NCBI GenBank assembly: GCA_965248575.1
Contig: CBDFJQ010000002.1
Location: forward strand, 544,001 to 608,000
Direction of reading: 5' to 3'
DNA from: Planctomycetota bacterium
Lineage (GTDB): Bacteria; Planctomycetota; B15-G4
DNA: 64,000 nt
How positions within the stretch are numbered: the stretch's first letter is position 1; every line of letters starts with the position of its first letter. The notes below the pieces were generated by a model. That model was not told where the DNA came from and ran no database searches. It saw nothing but the letters and a program-made list of their open reading frames with translations. The position numbers were made by a program, and so were the translations under genes. Of the stretch, positions 10,108 to 19,421 are shown in pieces.

Positions 10108-11228
10108 AGCCGTTCGTCCACCAGCTCAACGTTCGCGCGGGGAAGGGTCACGTGTTCTCCATCCTTGAGGGCGACCGTGAGGATACGCACCTTCGCCTCA
10201 GTGTCCAGCTTATGGGGTTCTGCAGGCAGATCCGTCACGCGCCCGAGCTCGCCAAAGTGGGGGTCCCGGATGATGCGCACCGTGCTGTTGACGTGCATCA
10301 TGCCGGTATCCACCTCCGTCTGCTCGATCTGATGGATCTCGGACGGAATCAGGACCTCGGGCCGCATCACGCCAGCACGGATCTGGGTAGCGCCGCTGAC
10401 CGATGCCGTCATGCCGGCCCGCTCGCTGAGCAGGCGGTGGGTCTTGCCGGACATGACCAGGGGACCGAAGCCCTCGGTCACCACCAGGGTCAGCCCCACG
10501 GTCTCGCTCCCCGTGATGGCCACGCCAAGGTCGTAGCCCAGCAGTTCCTTGAGGTCAGCCGCGTCGATGCCGCCCACGATGAGCGCCTTGACGCCGACCG
10601 CAATGCAGGCTTTCAGGGTGGCGAGACTGGCCAGGGAGCCACCCACGACGATGGCGTCCTTGAACTCCGGTTTGATCTCACCCGGTGAGAGCTGCTGGGT
10701 GGGGTCATCGCAGGCCATGACGATGGGGCCGCTGACCTCGGGGCCGATGCCGAAGATGCCCTGGACCATGGTGCCGCGCGAGTCCACGTGCACGCCGAAG
10801 GTGTCCTCCACATGGCTCACGATGCCACCGACGTAGGCCTTGACCTCGACCGGGATGGGGGCCTCGCGGAAGATGGCTTGGCCCGACACCTTGGACACCG
10901 ACTCGAAGGTGCCGGTGGTGGGGGCGCCCACCGTCTGCTTCATGAAGCCGAAGATGCCCTTGCTCTGGGCCACCGGCTGGTCCTTCTCGACGGAGGCGCC
11001 CTCCTGGACGAGCAGCAGCTCTCCCAGGTCAGCGGCCGCGACCCCGAGCTGACGGCCGATGTTGCTGGTGACCACGTTGCCCGGCAGCATCGCGCGAGCC
11101 ACGACCGTATCGGGCTCAACCGTGTCTCCCTGCTTCACCAGCACTTCGCCGGGGATGGGCAGGATGCGGTCGCGAACGAATTCGGCCGCATCGGAGACCT
11201 TGAGTCCTGGTGTGTAGGCGTGTCCCAT
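10104..11228 (-). CDS. Conserved hypothetical soluble protein with two barrel-sandwich-hybrid-like segments and a C-terminal KOW/SH3-like domain
   Basis: Start MGHAYTPGLKV (ATG 11228, 5 nt after the upstream stop); GEVLVKQGDTVEPDTVVA and LLVQEGASVEKDQPVA; TQIRAGVMRPE; VRIIRDPHFGELGRV...VTLPRANVELV. Confidence 0.85.
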   Translation of the reverse strand: MGHAYTPGLKVSDAAEFVRDRILPIPGEVLVKQGDTVEPDTVVARAMLPGNVVTSNIGRQLGVAAADLGELLLVQEGASVEKDQPVAQSKGIFGFMKQTVGAPTTGTFESVSKVSGQAIFREAPIPVEVKAYVGGIVSHVEDTFGVHVDSRGTMVQGIFGIGPEVSGPIVMACDDPTQQLSPGEIKPEFKDAIVVGGSLASLATLKACIAVGVKALIVGGIDAADLKELLGYDLGVAITGSETVGLTLVVTEGFGPLVMSGKTHRLLSERAGMTASVSGATQIRAGVMRPEVLIPSEIHQIEQTEVDTGMMHVNSTVRIIRDPHFGELGRVTDLPAEPHKLDTEAKVRILTVALKDGEHVTLPRANVELVDERL

Positions 11229-11233
11229 GCGTA

Positions 11234-13033
11234 TCAGGCCTTCCGGGGGTAGAGGTCGAGGCTTTCGATCCACTGTTCGATGCTGGCCACGCGCTCTGCG
11301 GGAGTGGTCGGCAGGTTGAGGGGGCGGCCGCGGCCGTCGATGAGCACGCCCACCTCGCCTCCCTCGACGGTCTTCTCCACCGGTTGGCCAGGGCCGGCGC
11401 CCATGTCGACGCCCTTCGCGGGTGACACCCGGCAGCGCGCGGTTTCACCGGCGCCCAAGGGCACGCGCAGCAGGTCTCCCGCTGCGATGCTGAGTTCCTT
11501 CTTCCCCTCGGGGAGGTCGAGGCTTACCTGCGCCAAGGGCTTGCCACCCTTCGTCTTTCCAACGGGCGCGATGCAAACGCCCAGGATGACGAGGCAGTCG
11601 CGCTCAAAGACCTCGGTCGCCGCTTCGGGCTGTTCCGTGGAGAGCACGCCGAGTTGGGGCATCATGAAGATGCTGTCCACCGCCAGGGTCGTGATACCCA
11701 TGGGCTGGAAGCTGTCGACGAGCATGAGGGCTGCCTGCACACGGCGTGGGGCGTGGCTCAGGACGCCGCCCGACCCCACGATCAGGTCCAACGCCATCAT
11801 GTCCACGATGGTGTTGCCCGAGCCGCTCTGTGCGAATGCCTCGGAGATGTCGCGGCTCTTGCGCACACCCTTGAGTTCGGTGGCGAACTCCTTGTGCTGG
11901 ATCAGCGAGAGTCGCAGGGCCTCGCGGGCCAGGGCCTGCTCCACCTGCAGGTCGCGCAGCAGGGAGGGGATCGTGGTGGGGCGCACCATCTTGTTCTTGA
12001 TGCGGTTGCGAAGCTCTCCTTCGTCGATGTCGAAGGGCACCCAGCGCAGAACGTTCTCCAGCCCGGCAGAGGCCATGACATTGCTGATCGAGTAGCTCAT
12101 GCCCAGGTTGGCGGACACGGTCCGGTTGAACGTACCGTTGAACACGCTGAAGACGTCGGTCGTGGCTCCGCCGATGTCCACGCCGATGACCGAGATGTCG
12201 CGCTGCTTGGCGATGGTCTGGATGATCAGTCCCACCGCGCCCGGTGTGGGCATGACCGGTGCCGAGGTCCAGCTCTTGAGCTTGTCGTAGCCGGGCGCCT
12301 GGGCCATGACGTGTTCCATGAACAGGTCGTGGATTTCGTCGCGGGCGGGGTCGAGGTTTTCCTCGTCGAGGGTGGGGCGCAAGTTGTCGACGATGGCCAG
12401 GGCCGTCTTCTCGCCGATGGCTTCCCTGACCGCATCCCGCGCTCCGGTGTTGCCGGCGTAGACCACGGGCAGTTCGTAGCTGGAACCGAGTCGCGGCTTC
12501 GGGTCCGCGGCGCCGATCAACTCCGCCAGCTCGGCGACATGGCTGGTGGTGCCTCCATCCACACCTCCCGAGAGCAGGATCATGTCGGGTCTCAGGTGCC
12601 GGATGCGCGCGATCTGCTCGTGGGGCTGGCGTTTGTCATTGCTCGAGATGGTGTCCATGACGATGGCACCGGCACCCAAGGCGGCACGCTCGGCTGACTC
12701 CGCTGTCATGGAACGCACGACGCCGGCCACCAGCATTTGCAGACCACCGCCTGCGCTGGAGGTGGAGAGATACAGGTCCACGCCCGCGTCGCCCTTCTGC
12801 GGCACCATGATCAGTCCGTCTTCGCCGATGATGGGCCGGCCAGCGATTTCCTGGACCTCCGTGACGGCGTTCACCACACCCACGGTCACGTCGTCGAAGG
12901 GCTTCTCCACCGTGGTCGGTGCCTCACCTCGAACGCTCAAGCGATAGCCCTCGTCCGTGAGCTCGATGAGGATCGCCTTCGTGGTCGTGCTGCCACAGTC
13001 GGTGGCGAGGATGGAACGTATCTTCTGGGTCAC
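11234..13033 (-). CDS. GlmL/MutL-like (glutamate mutase L family) ASKHA actin-fold ATPase with C-terminal extension
   Basis: Phosphate-1 TDCGSTTTKA, SSAGGGL, LLSGGVDGG, MPTPGAV, phosphate-2 VDIGGATTDV, adenosine motif GSGGVL. Confidence 0.85.
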   Translation of the reverse strand: MTQKIRSILATDCGSTTTKAILIELTDEGYRLSVRGEAPTTVEKPFDDVTVGVVNAVTEVQEIAGRPIIGEDGLIMVPQKGDAGVDLYLSTSSAGGGLQMLVAGVVRSMTAESAERAALGAGAIVMDTISSNDKRQPHEQIARIRHLRPDMILLSGGVDGGTTSHVAELAELIGAADPKPRLGSSYELPVVYAGNTGARDAVREAIGEKTALAIVDNLRPTLDEENLDPARDEIHDLFMEHVMAQAPGYDKLKSWTSAPVMPTPGAVGLIIQTIAKQRDISVIGVDIGGATTDVFSVFNGTFNRTVSANLGMSYSISNVMASAGLENVLRWVPFDIDEGELRNRIKNKMVRPTTIPSLLRDLQVEQALAREALRLSLIQHKEFATELKGVRKSRDISEAFAQSGSGNTIVDMMALDLIVGSGGVLSHAPRRVQAALMLVDSFQPMGITTLAVDSIFMMPQLGVLSTEQPEAATEVFERDCLVILGVCIAPVGKTKGGKPLAQVSLDLPEGKKELSIAAGDLLRVPLGAGETARCRVSPAKGVDMGAGPGQPVEKTVEGGEVGVLIDGRGRPLNLPTTPAERVASIEQWIESLDLYPRKA

Positions 13034-13158
13034 GGGCTGTTCCTTCGGATCGGTGCAGTTGTGTTCGCGGGGCGTGCGACGGGCGTCGGTGCCGGTGTTG
13101 GGCTGCCTTGGGAGCTACGGGGAGAGCTGTGAGGGTGCGCGGAGACCAGAGCGGCTGT

Positions 13159-13515
13159 CTAGGAGGACTTGGACTTCAGGCGCTTCTTCTCGAGCTTCGC
13201 CTCGCGCTTGCGTTGCTTGGCCAACCCTCGCTGCGCCTTCTCGTGGAGGCGGCGATCCTCCTCGGCGTCATCGATGGTGCGGATCAGGGCTGGAATGGTC
13301 TCACGCCGTTCGAGCATGGCCGCGACCTGTCGCAGCCGCGCCTCGGGCAAGGCGATGCCCCAGATGGGCGTGATCATGTGCAGCATGGAGGAGGTCAGGG
13401 TGTTCATCGGGCTCACGGTCTCGAGGAACATCATCGCAGGCACCGCCAGCCGACGCTTGACGACCGCCACGGCGGCCTCCTGCATGAGTTCTTCGTCTTC
13501 CTTCGAGATGGGCAT
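13159..13515 (-). CDS. Conserved hypothetical small helical protein
   Basis: MPISKEDEELMQEAAVAVVKRRLAVPAMMFLETVSP...LERRETIPALIRTI; basic C-terminal tail; start abuts the upstream stop. Confidence 0.75.
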   Translation of the reverse strand: MPISKEDEELMQEAAVAVVKRRLAVPAMMFLETVSPMNTLTSSMLHMITPIWGIALPEARLRQVAAMLERRETIPALIRTIDDAEEDRRLHEKAQRGLAKQRKREAKLEKKRLKSKSS

Positions 13516-14072
13516 CACGTGCCCTCCACGGCGCGATCGGCGAAGGTCAGGACGGCGTCGCGGGAGCAGGGGGGGCGGGCAGGGTCCGGCCTCTGGCTCG
13601 CCGTGCGCAGGAAGAGGCCCGTGTCGCGCACGAAGCGTGACCTGGAGTGGAGAGTCGAGAGGTAGACCCCGAAGCGGGCGGAACTCACCTTGCGGACTTC
13701 TTGCCAGAGCAACAGCCGGGCTGCGCAAAGCGGCCCGTCTTCCCGGGCCCCTGCCGCATCCAGGGTGTAGCGCCTGGGGAGGAACCAGCTGCGCAGGCTC
13801 AAAGCCAACATCAGGAACGCCAGCACCCCCAGAATGGCCGACCCGCTGAACTCGAAGCACAAAACGCTCGCGATGGTCAGCACGCCCACCAGCAGCGCAG
13901 CCTTGAGGGGGTCTGCGGCAGCGGGATGCACGGTCCAGCTGAGGGCCGGCTCCTCGCGGACCACAGGGGGTGGGCTCTTCGAGCTGGACGAGATTTCCGC
14001 ATCTCCCCGGCTCCCCAGAGGGGGAGCCCGATTCAGCACCTGGGCGACGTTTTGTGCGGGACCCGCGCTCAT
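13515..14072 (-). CDS. Hypothetical membrane protein (2 TM plus a beta-rich, possibly PH-like, domain)
   Basis: LSWTVHP, two TM helices, FLPRRYTLDAAG, W-x-EVRKV, GVYLS, RDTGLFLR; start uncertain. Confidence 0.7.
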   Translation of the reverse strand: MSAGPAQNVAQVLNRAPPLGSRGDAEISSSSKSPPPVVREEPALSWTVHPAAADPLKAALLVGVLTIASVLCFEFSGSAILGVLAFLMLALSLRSWFLPRRYTLDAAGAREDGPLCAARLLLWQEVRKVSSARFGVYLSTLHSRSRFVRDTGLFLRTASQRPDPARPPCSRDAVLTFADRAVEGT

Positions 14073-14282
14073 GGGCGCATCCGTGGGACAAGGGGCGCAC
14101 ATCCTACAAGGCGCGGGGGAGGCGGCCAAGGTGGGCGGGGCGAAGACCGGGGTGTGGGGAGCTGGAGAGTATGGTCCGAAGCGGATGAACGGCCCGCCAT
14201 CGACCGATCAGAGGCATGGGGAATCGGACAGCGGCTTGCAACGCCTGGGATCCTCGGAGGATCATGCCTCGGTGAGCACGCC

Positions 14283-15092
14283 TTGCTGAGCCTGACCGTC
14301 TGCATCATGACTCGCGACGAGGAGCGGAATCTGCCCCGCTGCCTCGCGTCCCTTCGTGCGTTGGGGGCCTCCCAGCCGGGCGAGGGTTCGGGCCTCTCCG
14401 ACCAGGCTGTCGAAGTCATCGTGCTGGACTCGCACAGCCAGGACCGCACGCGCGAGCTGGCCGAAGAGGCCGGGGCCGTCGTGCTCGAGGAGGACTGGCG
14501 TGGCATGAACGGCCAGCGCGCCCGTTGTCTCGAACTGGGCAGCGGGGATTGGGTGCTGTGCCTGGATGCAGATGAGTGGCTGGAGCCCGAGCTGGCCCGC
14601 TCTCTCGCACGCGCGCTGGTCGAGGCCGAGCCCGGTGTAGACGGCTTCGAGCTGAACCGGCGGACGCTCTATCTGGGGGGCTGGATCGACCACTGCGGGT
14701 GGTCGCCTGAGTGGCGCTTGCGCTTGGTCCGTCGCGCTCGCGGGTGCTGTACGGGAACCGATCCGCACGACCGTATCAAGGTCGCGGGCGCTGTGCTTCG
14801 TCTGGACTTGGGGCGTTTGAACCACGAGCCCTACCGGAGTCTGGCGGCTCATGTGGGCAAGGTGAATCGCTACACCGATGAGATGGCCCAACAGCGCGTG
14901 GCCCGTGGCGAAGACGGTTCGGTCTTCAAGCTCTGGACCCGACCGGTCGGCCGCTTCTTGCGTATGTACGTGCTGCGTGCGGGCTGGCGGGACGGCTGGC
15001 GCGGCCTGGTGCTGTCAGCTGTCGGTGGCTTCTATGTGTTCCTGAAGTACGCCAAGCTGCGCGAACTGAACCGGCGAGAGCCCGCTTCCTGA
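14283..15092 (+). CDS. Glycosyltransferase family 2 (WaaE/KdtX-like)
   Basis: LTVCIMTRDEERNL, VLDSHSQDRT, WVLCLDADE, GWRDGWRG, FLKYAKL. Start set at TTG 14283. Confidence 0.9.
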   Translation: MLSLTVCIMTRDEERNLPRCLASLRALGASQPGEGSGLSDQAVEVIVLDSHSQDRTRELAEEAGAVVLEEDWRGMNGQRARCLELGSGDWVLCLDADEWLEPELARSLARALVEAEPGVDGFELNRRTLYLGGWIDHCGWSPEWRLRLVRRARGCCTGTDPHDRIKVAGAVLRLDLGRLNHEPYRSLAAHVGKVNRYTDEMAQQRVARGEDGSVFKLWTRPVGRFLRMYVLRAGWRDGWRGLVLSAVGGFYVFLKYAKLRELNRREPAS

Positions 15093-15112
15093 GCCTGCTT
15101 GACGCGGGTTTG

Positions 15113-17104
15113 CTACGAGTCTTGCGGGGCCCCATGCGGGCCCGTGCTGCCGCCTGTGCGAGGAGGGCTCGTGCGCTGTTTCTTGCGCTGAGCTCCAGAG
15201 CGGCCCTTGCCGCGTGCGCGCTGCGGCTGCCCCATGGCGTCTTCCTCGTGAACGAAGCGTTCGGCTTCACGCTGGCGCCGGCCGGCGCGGGCATCCACGG
15301 CTTCCTTGGGTGGTGTGTCCTTGATCAGGCACTGGGGGCCGCGGCCGATGAGGTCTTCTCGCCCCGCGCTCTTCAGGGCGGCAGCCACCTCGAACCAGTT
15401 CTCGGGCTTGAAGAACTGCATCAGCGCCCGTTGCATGCGGCGGTCCTTGAGCTTCCTCGCAACAGGCGAGGGCTTCAGGGTGTGGGGGTCGAGCCCAGTC
15501 CAGTAGGCGGAGGTCGCCAGGTCCATGGGGGCCGGGATGAAGTCCTGGACCTGGCGCGGCCGGTAGCCCGCGCCCTTCAAGAACACGGCCAGCTCGATCA
15601 TGTCTTCTAGAGCGGAGCCGGGGTGCCCCGCGATGAAGTACGGCACCAGATACTGTTCCTTGCCTGCCTCGTCATTGCTCTTGGCGAAGGCGTCGGCGAA
15701 CTGTTCGAAGCTCTCCTGTGGGGGCTTCTTCATGGAGCGCAGCACCCGTGGGCTGACATGCTCGGGCGCCACCTTGAGGTGGCCGCTGACATGGTGCCCG
15801 ACCAGCTCCGCCATGTACTCCGGCGACAGGTTTGCGAGGTCCATGCGCACCCCCGAGGCGACGTGCACATGGCGAACACCGGGGCGCTCTCGGGATTCGC
15901 GCATGAGCTCGATCAACGGGCCGTGATCCGTGCCCAGGTGCCTGCAGATCTTCGGGAACACGCAAGAGAGGCGGTGGCACTTGGCTTCAGTTTCCGGAGA
16001 GCCACAGCGCATGCCGTACATGTTGGCGGTGGGGCCTCCGATGTCGGAGACGACACCCTTGCTGCGTTCGTCGGCCGCGACCTTGTCCACTTCCGCCAGG
16101 ATCGAGGCTTTGCTGCGGGACTGAATCACGCGGCCCTGGTGGGTGGTGATGCTGCAGAAGGAACAGCCGCCAAAGCAGCCGCGCATGATCGTGATGCTCT
16201 GGGCGATCATCTCCTCGGCTGGGATCTTGTCTTTGTAGGACGGGTGCTTCCTGCGCGTGTAGGGGAGGTCGTAGGTCGCGTCCATCTCCGCTTGGCTGAG
16301 GGGCATGGCTGGCGGGTTCTGCACCACCGTGCGATCGCCATGCCGCTGGGTCAGGCGTTGCGCGTTGAACGGATTGGTTTCCCTGTGGATCACACGGGTG
16401 GCCAGGGAGAATGCGATCGGGTCCGCCTTGACCTCTTCAGCTGACGGCAGGCTGGCCGTCGAGTCTTCGCTCGTCGGCGTGCCGTCGGCCAGCATGCGGG
16501 GCGCGAAGGCGGGCAAGCTTTGCGTCTTTCCCAGAAGGTAGGCCGTGCCCCGCACATCTGTCAGGTCTTGCACGGGGCTGCCTTGGTCGAGGCGGCTGAC
16601 GATCTCGGAGATGGCGCGCTCGCCCATGCCGAACACGACGAGGTCGGCCTTGCTGCTCAGCAGGATCGACGGCTTGACCATGTCCGACCAGTAGTCGTAG
16701 TGGGCAAAGCGACGCAGCGACGCCTCCACTCCGCCTGCGATGACCGGCACACCGGGAAAGGCCTCGCGGCAGCGCTGGGCGTACACATTGGTGGCCCTGT
16801 CGGGCCGCAACCCGGGCAGGCCACCCGGGGAATAGGCATCGTCACTGCGCGGCCTGCGATTGGCCGTGTAGTGGTTGATCATGGAATCCATGTTTCCCGC
16901 GGTCACGCCGAAGCAGAGACGAGGGCGTCCGAAGGCACGAAACTCCTCGACGGACTTCCAGTCTGGCTGGGCGAGGATCGCAATCCGCCATCCGGCGGCT
17001 TCCAGTGTGCGGCCGATGATCGCGGCCGCGAAGGAAGGATGGTCGACGTACGCGTCGCCTGAGACCAGGACGACGTCGACGGAATCCCAGCCGCGCCGAG
17101 CCAT
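15113..17104 (-). CDS. ygiQ: YgiQ/UPF0313 family radical SAM protein
   Basis: GDAYVDHPSF, GNMDSMINHYT, RGCFGGCSFCSITTHQG (CxxxCxxC), DIGGPTANMY, LKVAPEH, YFIAGHPG, QVQDFIP. Confidence 0.93.
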   Translation of the reverse strand: MARRGWDSVDVVLVSGDAYVDHPSFAAAIIGRTLEAAGWRIAILAQPDWKSVEEFRAFGRPRLCFGVTAGNMDSMINHYTANRRPRSDDAYSPGGLPGLRPDRATNVYAQRCREAFPGVPVIAGGVEASLRRFAHYDYWSDMVKPSILLSSKADLVVFGMGERAISEIVSRLDQGSPVQDLTDVRGTAYLLGKTQSLPAFAPRMLADGTPTSEDSTASLPSAEEVKADPIAFSLATRVIHRETNPFNAQRLTQRHGDRTVVQNPPAMPLSQAEMDATYDLPYTRRKHPSYKDKIPAEEMIAQSITIMRGCFGGCSFCSITTHQGRVIQSRSKASILAEVDKVAADERSKGVVSDIGGPTANMYGMRCGSPETEAKCHRLSCVFPKICRHLGTDHGPLIELMRESRERPGVRHVHVASGVRMDLANLSPEYMAELVGHHVSGHLKVAPEHVSPRVLRSMKKPPQESFEQFADAFAKSNDEAGKEQYLVPYFIAGHPGSALEDMIELAVFLKGAGYRPRQVQDFIPAPMDLATSAYWTGLDPHTLKPSPVARKLKDRRMQRALMQFFKPENWFEVAAALKSAGREDLIGRGPQCLIKDTPPKEAVDARAGRRQREAERFVHEEDAMGQPQRARGKGRSGAQRKKQRTSPPRTGGSTGPHGAPQDS

Positions 17105-17148
17105 GTCTCGGGGGCTGAGGGGCAGCGGCGAGTCCGCTACGGCACTCG

Positions 17149-17280
17149 TTAGCTGAGACTACGGCCGCGAGCCCGACGCCGGCGGATGATCCGGCGGCCG
17201 CCCACGGTCTTCATACGCGTAAGGAACCCGAGCTTGCGGCCCCGCTTGGTGTTGCTGTTGCGCGTTCTGACTTTGGTCAT
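17149..17280 (-). CDS. rpmH: 50S ribosomal protein L34
   Basis: Hand-translated, 43 aa, not in the ORF track: MTKVRTRNSNTKRGRKLGFLTRMKTVGGRRIIRRRRARGRSLS; AGGAG RBS just upstream. Confidence 0.93.
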   Translation of the reverse strand: MTKVRTRNSNTKRGRKLGFLTRMKTVGGRRIIRRRRARGRSLS

Positions 17281-17354
17281 GGGTGACTCCTGCTCCGAAT
17301 CCAGCGCCTGTGGTGATGAGGACCCTCGACTTGGAGGCTTTCAGGCGGCCCGGC

Positions 17355-17384
17355 ATCCTACGCAAGGCGAGGGGCCAGTCGCAA
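17355..17384 (-). promoter_or_regulatory. Putative sigma70-type promoter of rpmH-ygiQ
   Basis: Minus strand TTGCGA-N18-TAGGAT about 75 nt upstream of rpmH; pattern match only. Confidence 0.4.
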
Positions 17385-17510
17385 GCTTCCCGAGACGGGA
17401 GAATGCACCTCGCCCTGGACTCCGATTGGTACCCGGAGAACTGCCCGGTTCAGCGCCCAGCCCAGAGCCAGGCTGAGGGCCTCAAGGCGAGGAAGGCATC
17501 AGGGCCATCC

Positions 17511-19283
17511 CTACTCGACGTAGAGGCCCCAGAGGTTGCTCACGCTGTCAAAGGCCTGTCCTGCAGTCAGTGTCAGGGCCTGTGTCGGGAATCGCAGACC
17601 GATGAGCGCCGGGTCATTAGGGACCGTGTTGACGAAACCCACGTCCCCGGAAGCATCCAGCGCAAAGAGCCTCACGAAGGATGGGGGGAGCGGCGACGCG
17701 GTGATGGTCACGCTGCCCACGGGGATGAACAGCTCACTCAGCGACACGATGAAGTACGTGAGGCTGCTGCTGGGTGGGGCATCGATGGAAACCGAGATGG
17801 AACTGCCTGCCACCACAGGGTTGGGCGAGGTCTCGAGCACCGTCGTCCAGAGAGGGTCATGCTTGACGCGGACATCCAGGGTTGAGTTTGGAGGCACATC
17901 CACCAGCAGGGAGCCGTCCGAAGGGTTCGAGTCCACGCCCGTGATCAAGGCGTTCGTACTGAAGTCGTGCAGGCGACTGGGGGAGCTCGTGAAACCGGTC
18001 AGCTTCAGCCGGAAGCCCTGGTCGTCGGCGGACGTCGCCGTGAGCCGCATGGGCAAGGAGGTGATGCCGGCCTCACCCACGTTGACTTCGACCATCGAGG
18101 CGTTTTCGACGTTGCTCAGGGTGATGTGCTTCGCCGGGACGCTGGTGTCGCCATCCACGTTCACGAACTGACCAGCGGTGGCCTGGGTGGTGGTGACGTA
18201 GGACACCTTGGTGCCAGCAGCTTGCCGGGAGTAGAAGGTCGACGGGTAGCGGTCGACGCTGACGCCATCGAAGTAATCGAAGAGAGCGTCCTCATCGAGC
18301 ACGTACCAGGAGTGAGGCACCATGATCGACGGGTCGGGGGGATAGACCGTGCCCGCCACCACCGCCTTGAGCACGCTGTTGCCGACGCTTGCCATATTCA
18401 TTTGGAGGTCATCATTGACGTGTGGAACGTGCAGGATGAAATCCAGCACGTCGTACGTCATGTAGATGGGCAGATTGCTGAGGTTCTGAGCCAGGGATGA
18501 CTCCTCCACGATGGTCCCTGGGGTGGGCGGGTAACTCGCCTCATCTTCGTAGAGCACGCTGGCAGACAGGTAGTCGAAGAGGTTCGAGCTCGGCGGGCCG
18601 CTGAAATTGAAGGGGTTCTCCATCCAAGTCTGGAGCTGGGGGATGCCGAGGTTGTATTCCATGGCCCAGTCGACGGTGGAGCTCACGAGGCCGATGCCGG
18701 CGATCATGATGTCGGTCGGGTCGCGATGGATGGCGGCGAAGTTGGCGCTGATGCCACCGCCAACCGAGAAGCCCACCATGAAGAGGCGGTCTTCATCGAC
18801 GTTGAAGTTGTTGATCATCCATTGGATGGCGGCCTTGGTGTTCTGCTGTGAGAGAGGCGTTCCGAACAGTTGATCGTCGAGCCCCGTCACGGACAGGTAG
18901 ATCCAGCCTCGCTCGTTGGCTTCCTCATCAACCATCGATTGATTGCCGGAGCTGGCTGCTGAACCACCGAAGCCGTGGTAGGCAAGGATCAGCGGATAGG
19001 GGGCACCCAATTCCGAGTAGCCATCCGGCAGTTGGTATTGGATCGGCTCGCCGTAACCCGTGCCGGTGAAGGACGCGGGCAGGGTGGCCGACACCAAGGA
19101 CGCCGAGATCGTTCCAGCGGGCGGCAGGTCCAACCGGTCTGCGAAGAAGATGCTGTCGATCGGACCGAACTTCGGCACGGCTGGAAGCGGTGCGAATCCA
19201 AGGTCGGGGCGGGCTGGTTCAAGTTGTTGAGCGACGGCACTCGAACAAATCAAAGTGCACGTGATCAGAAGGGTGCGAAGCAT
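17511..19283 (-). CDS. Secreted alpha/beta-hydrolase (esterase/PHB-depolymerase-like) with shared C-terminal domain, paralog 1
   Basis: Signal peptide; AYHGFGGS, VDEDRLFMVGFSVGGG (GxSxG), PHSW. Confidence 0.8.
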   Translation of the reverse strand: MLRTLLITCTLICSSAVAQQLEPARPDLGFAPLPAVPKFGPIDSIFFADRLDLPPAGTISASLVSATLPASFTGTGYGEPIQYQLPDGYSELGAPYPLILAYHGFGGSAASSGNQSMVDEEANERGWIYLSVTGLDDQLFGTPLSQQNTKAAIQWMINNFNVDEDRLFMVGFSVGGGISANFAAIHRDPTDIMIAGIGLVSSTVDWAMEYNLGIPQLQTWMENPFNFSGPPSSNLFDYLSASVLYEDEASYPPTPGTIVEESSLAQNLSNLPIYMTYDVLDFILHVPHVNDDLQMNMASVGNSVLKAVVAGTVYPPDPSIMVPHSWYVLDEDALFDYFDGVSVDRYPSTFYSRQAAGTKVSYVTTTQATAGQFVNVDGDTSVPAKHITLSNVENASMVEVNVGEAGITSLPMRLTATSADDQGFRLKLTGFTSSPSRLHDFSTNALITGVDSNPSDGSLLVDVPPNSTLDVRVKHDPLWTTVLETSPNPVVAGSSISVSIDAPPSSSLTYFIVSLSELFIPVGSVTITASPLPPSFVRLFALDASGDVGFVNTVPNDPALIGLRFPTQALTLTAGQAFDSVSNLWGLYVE

Positions 19284-19421
19284 CGGAGTTAACCCTGGTG
19301 TGCCGGAGAGTGAGCCCAGCCTGACCTGGCCAACCCGCTTCCCGGAGGGGGTTCGGGGCCCGGCTGGGATCTGAGCTCAAGGGATGCTACCGGGACTCCG
19401 CGCCCCGGCGACCCCCACAGT

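Noticed and set aside
11234..13033. Calling this gene DNA-repair mutL, or evidence of glutamate fermentation
   Set aside because: The motifs are ASKHA, not GHKL, and no mutase subunits are present in the window.
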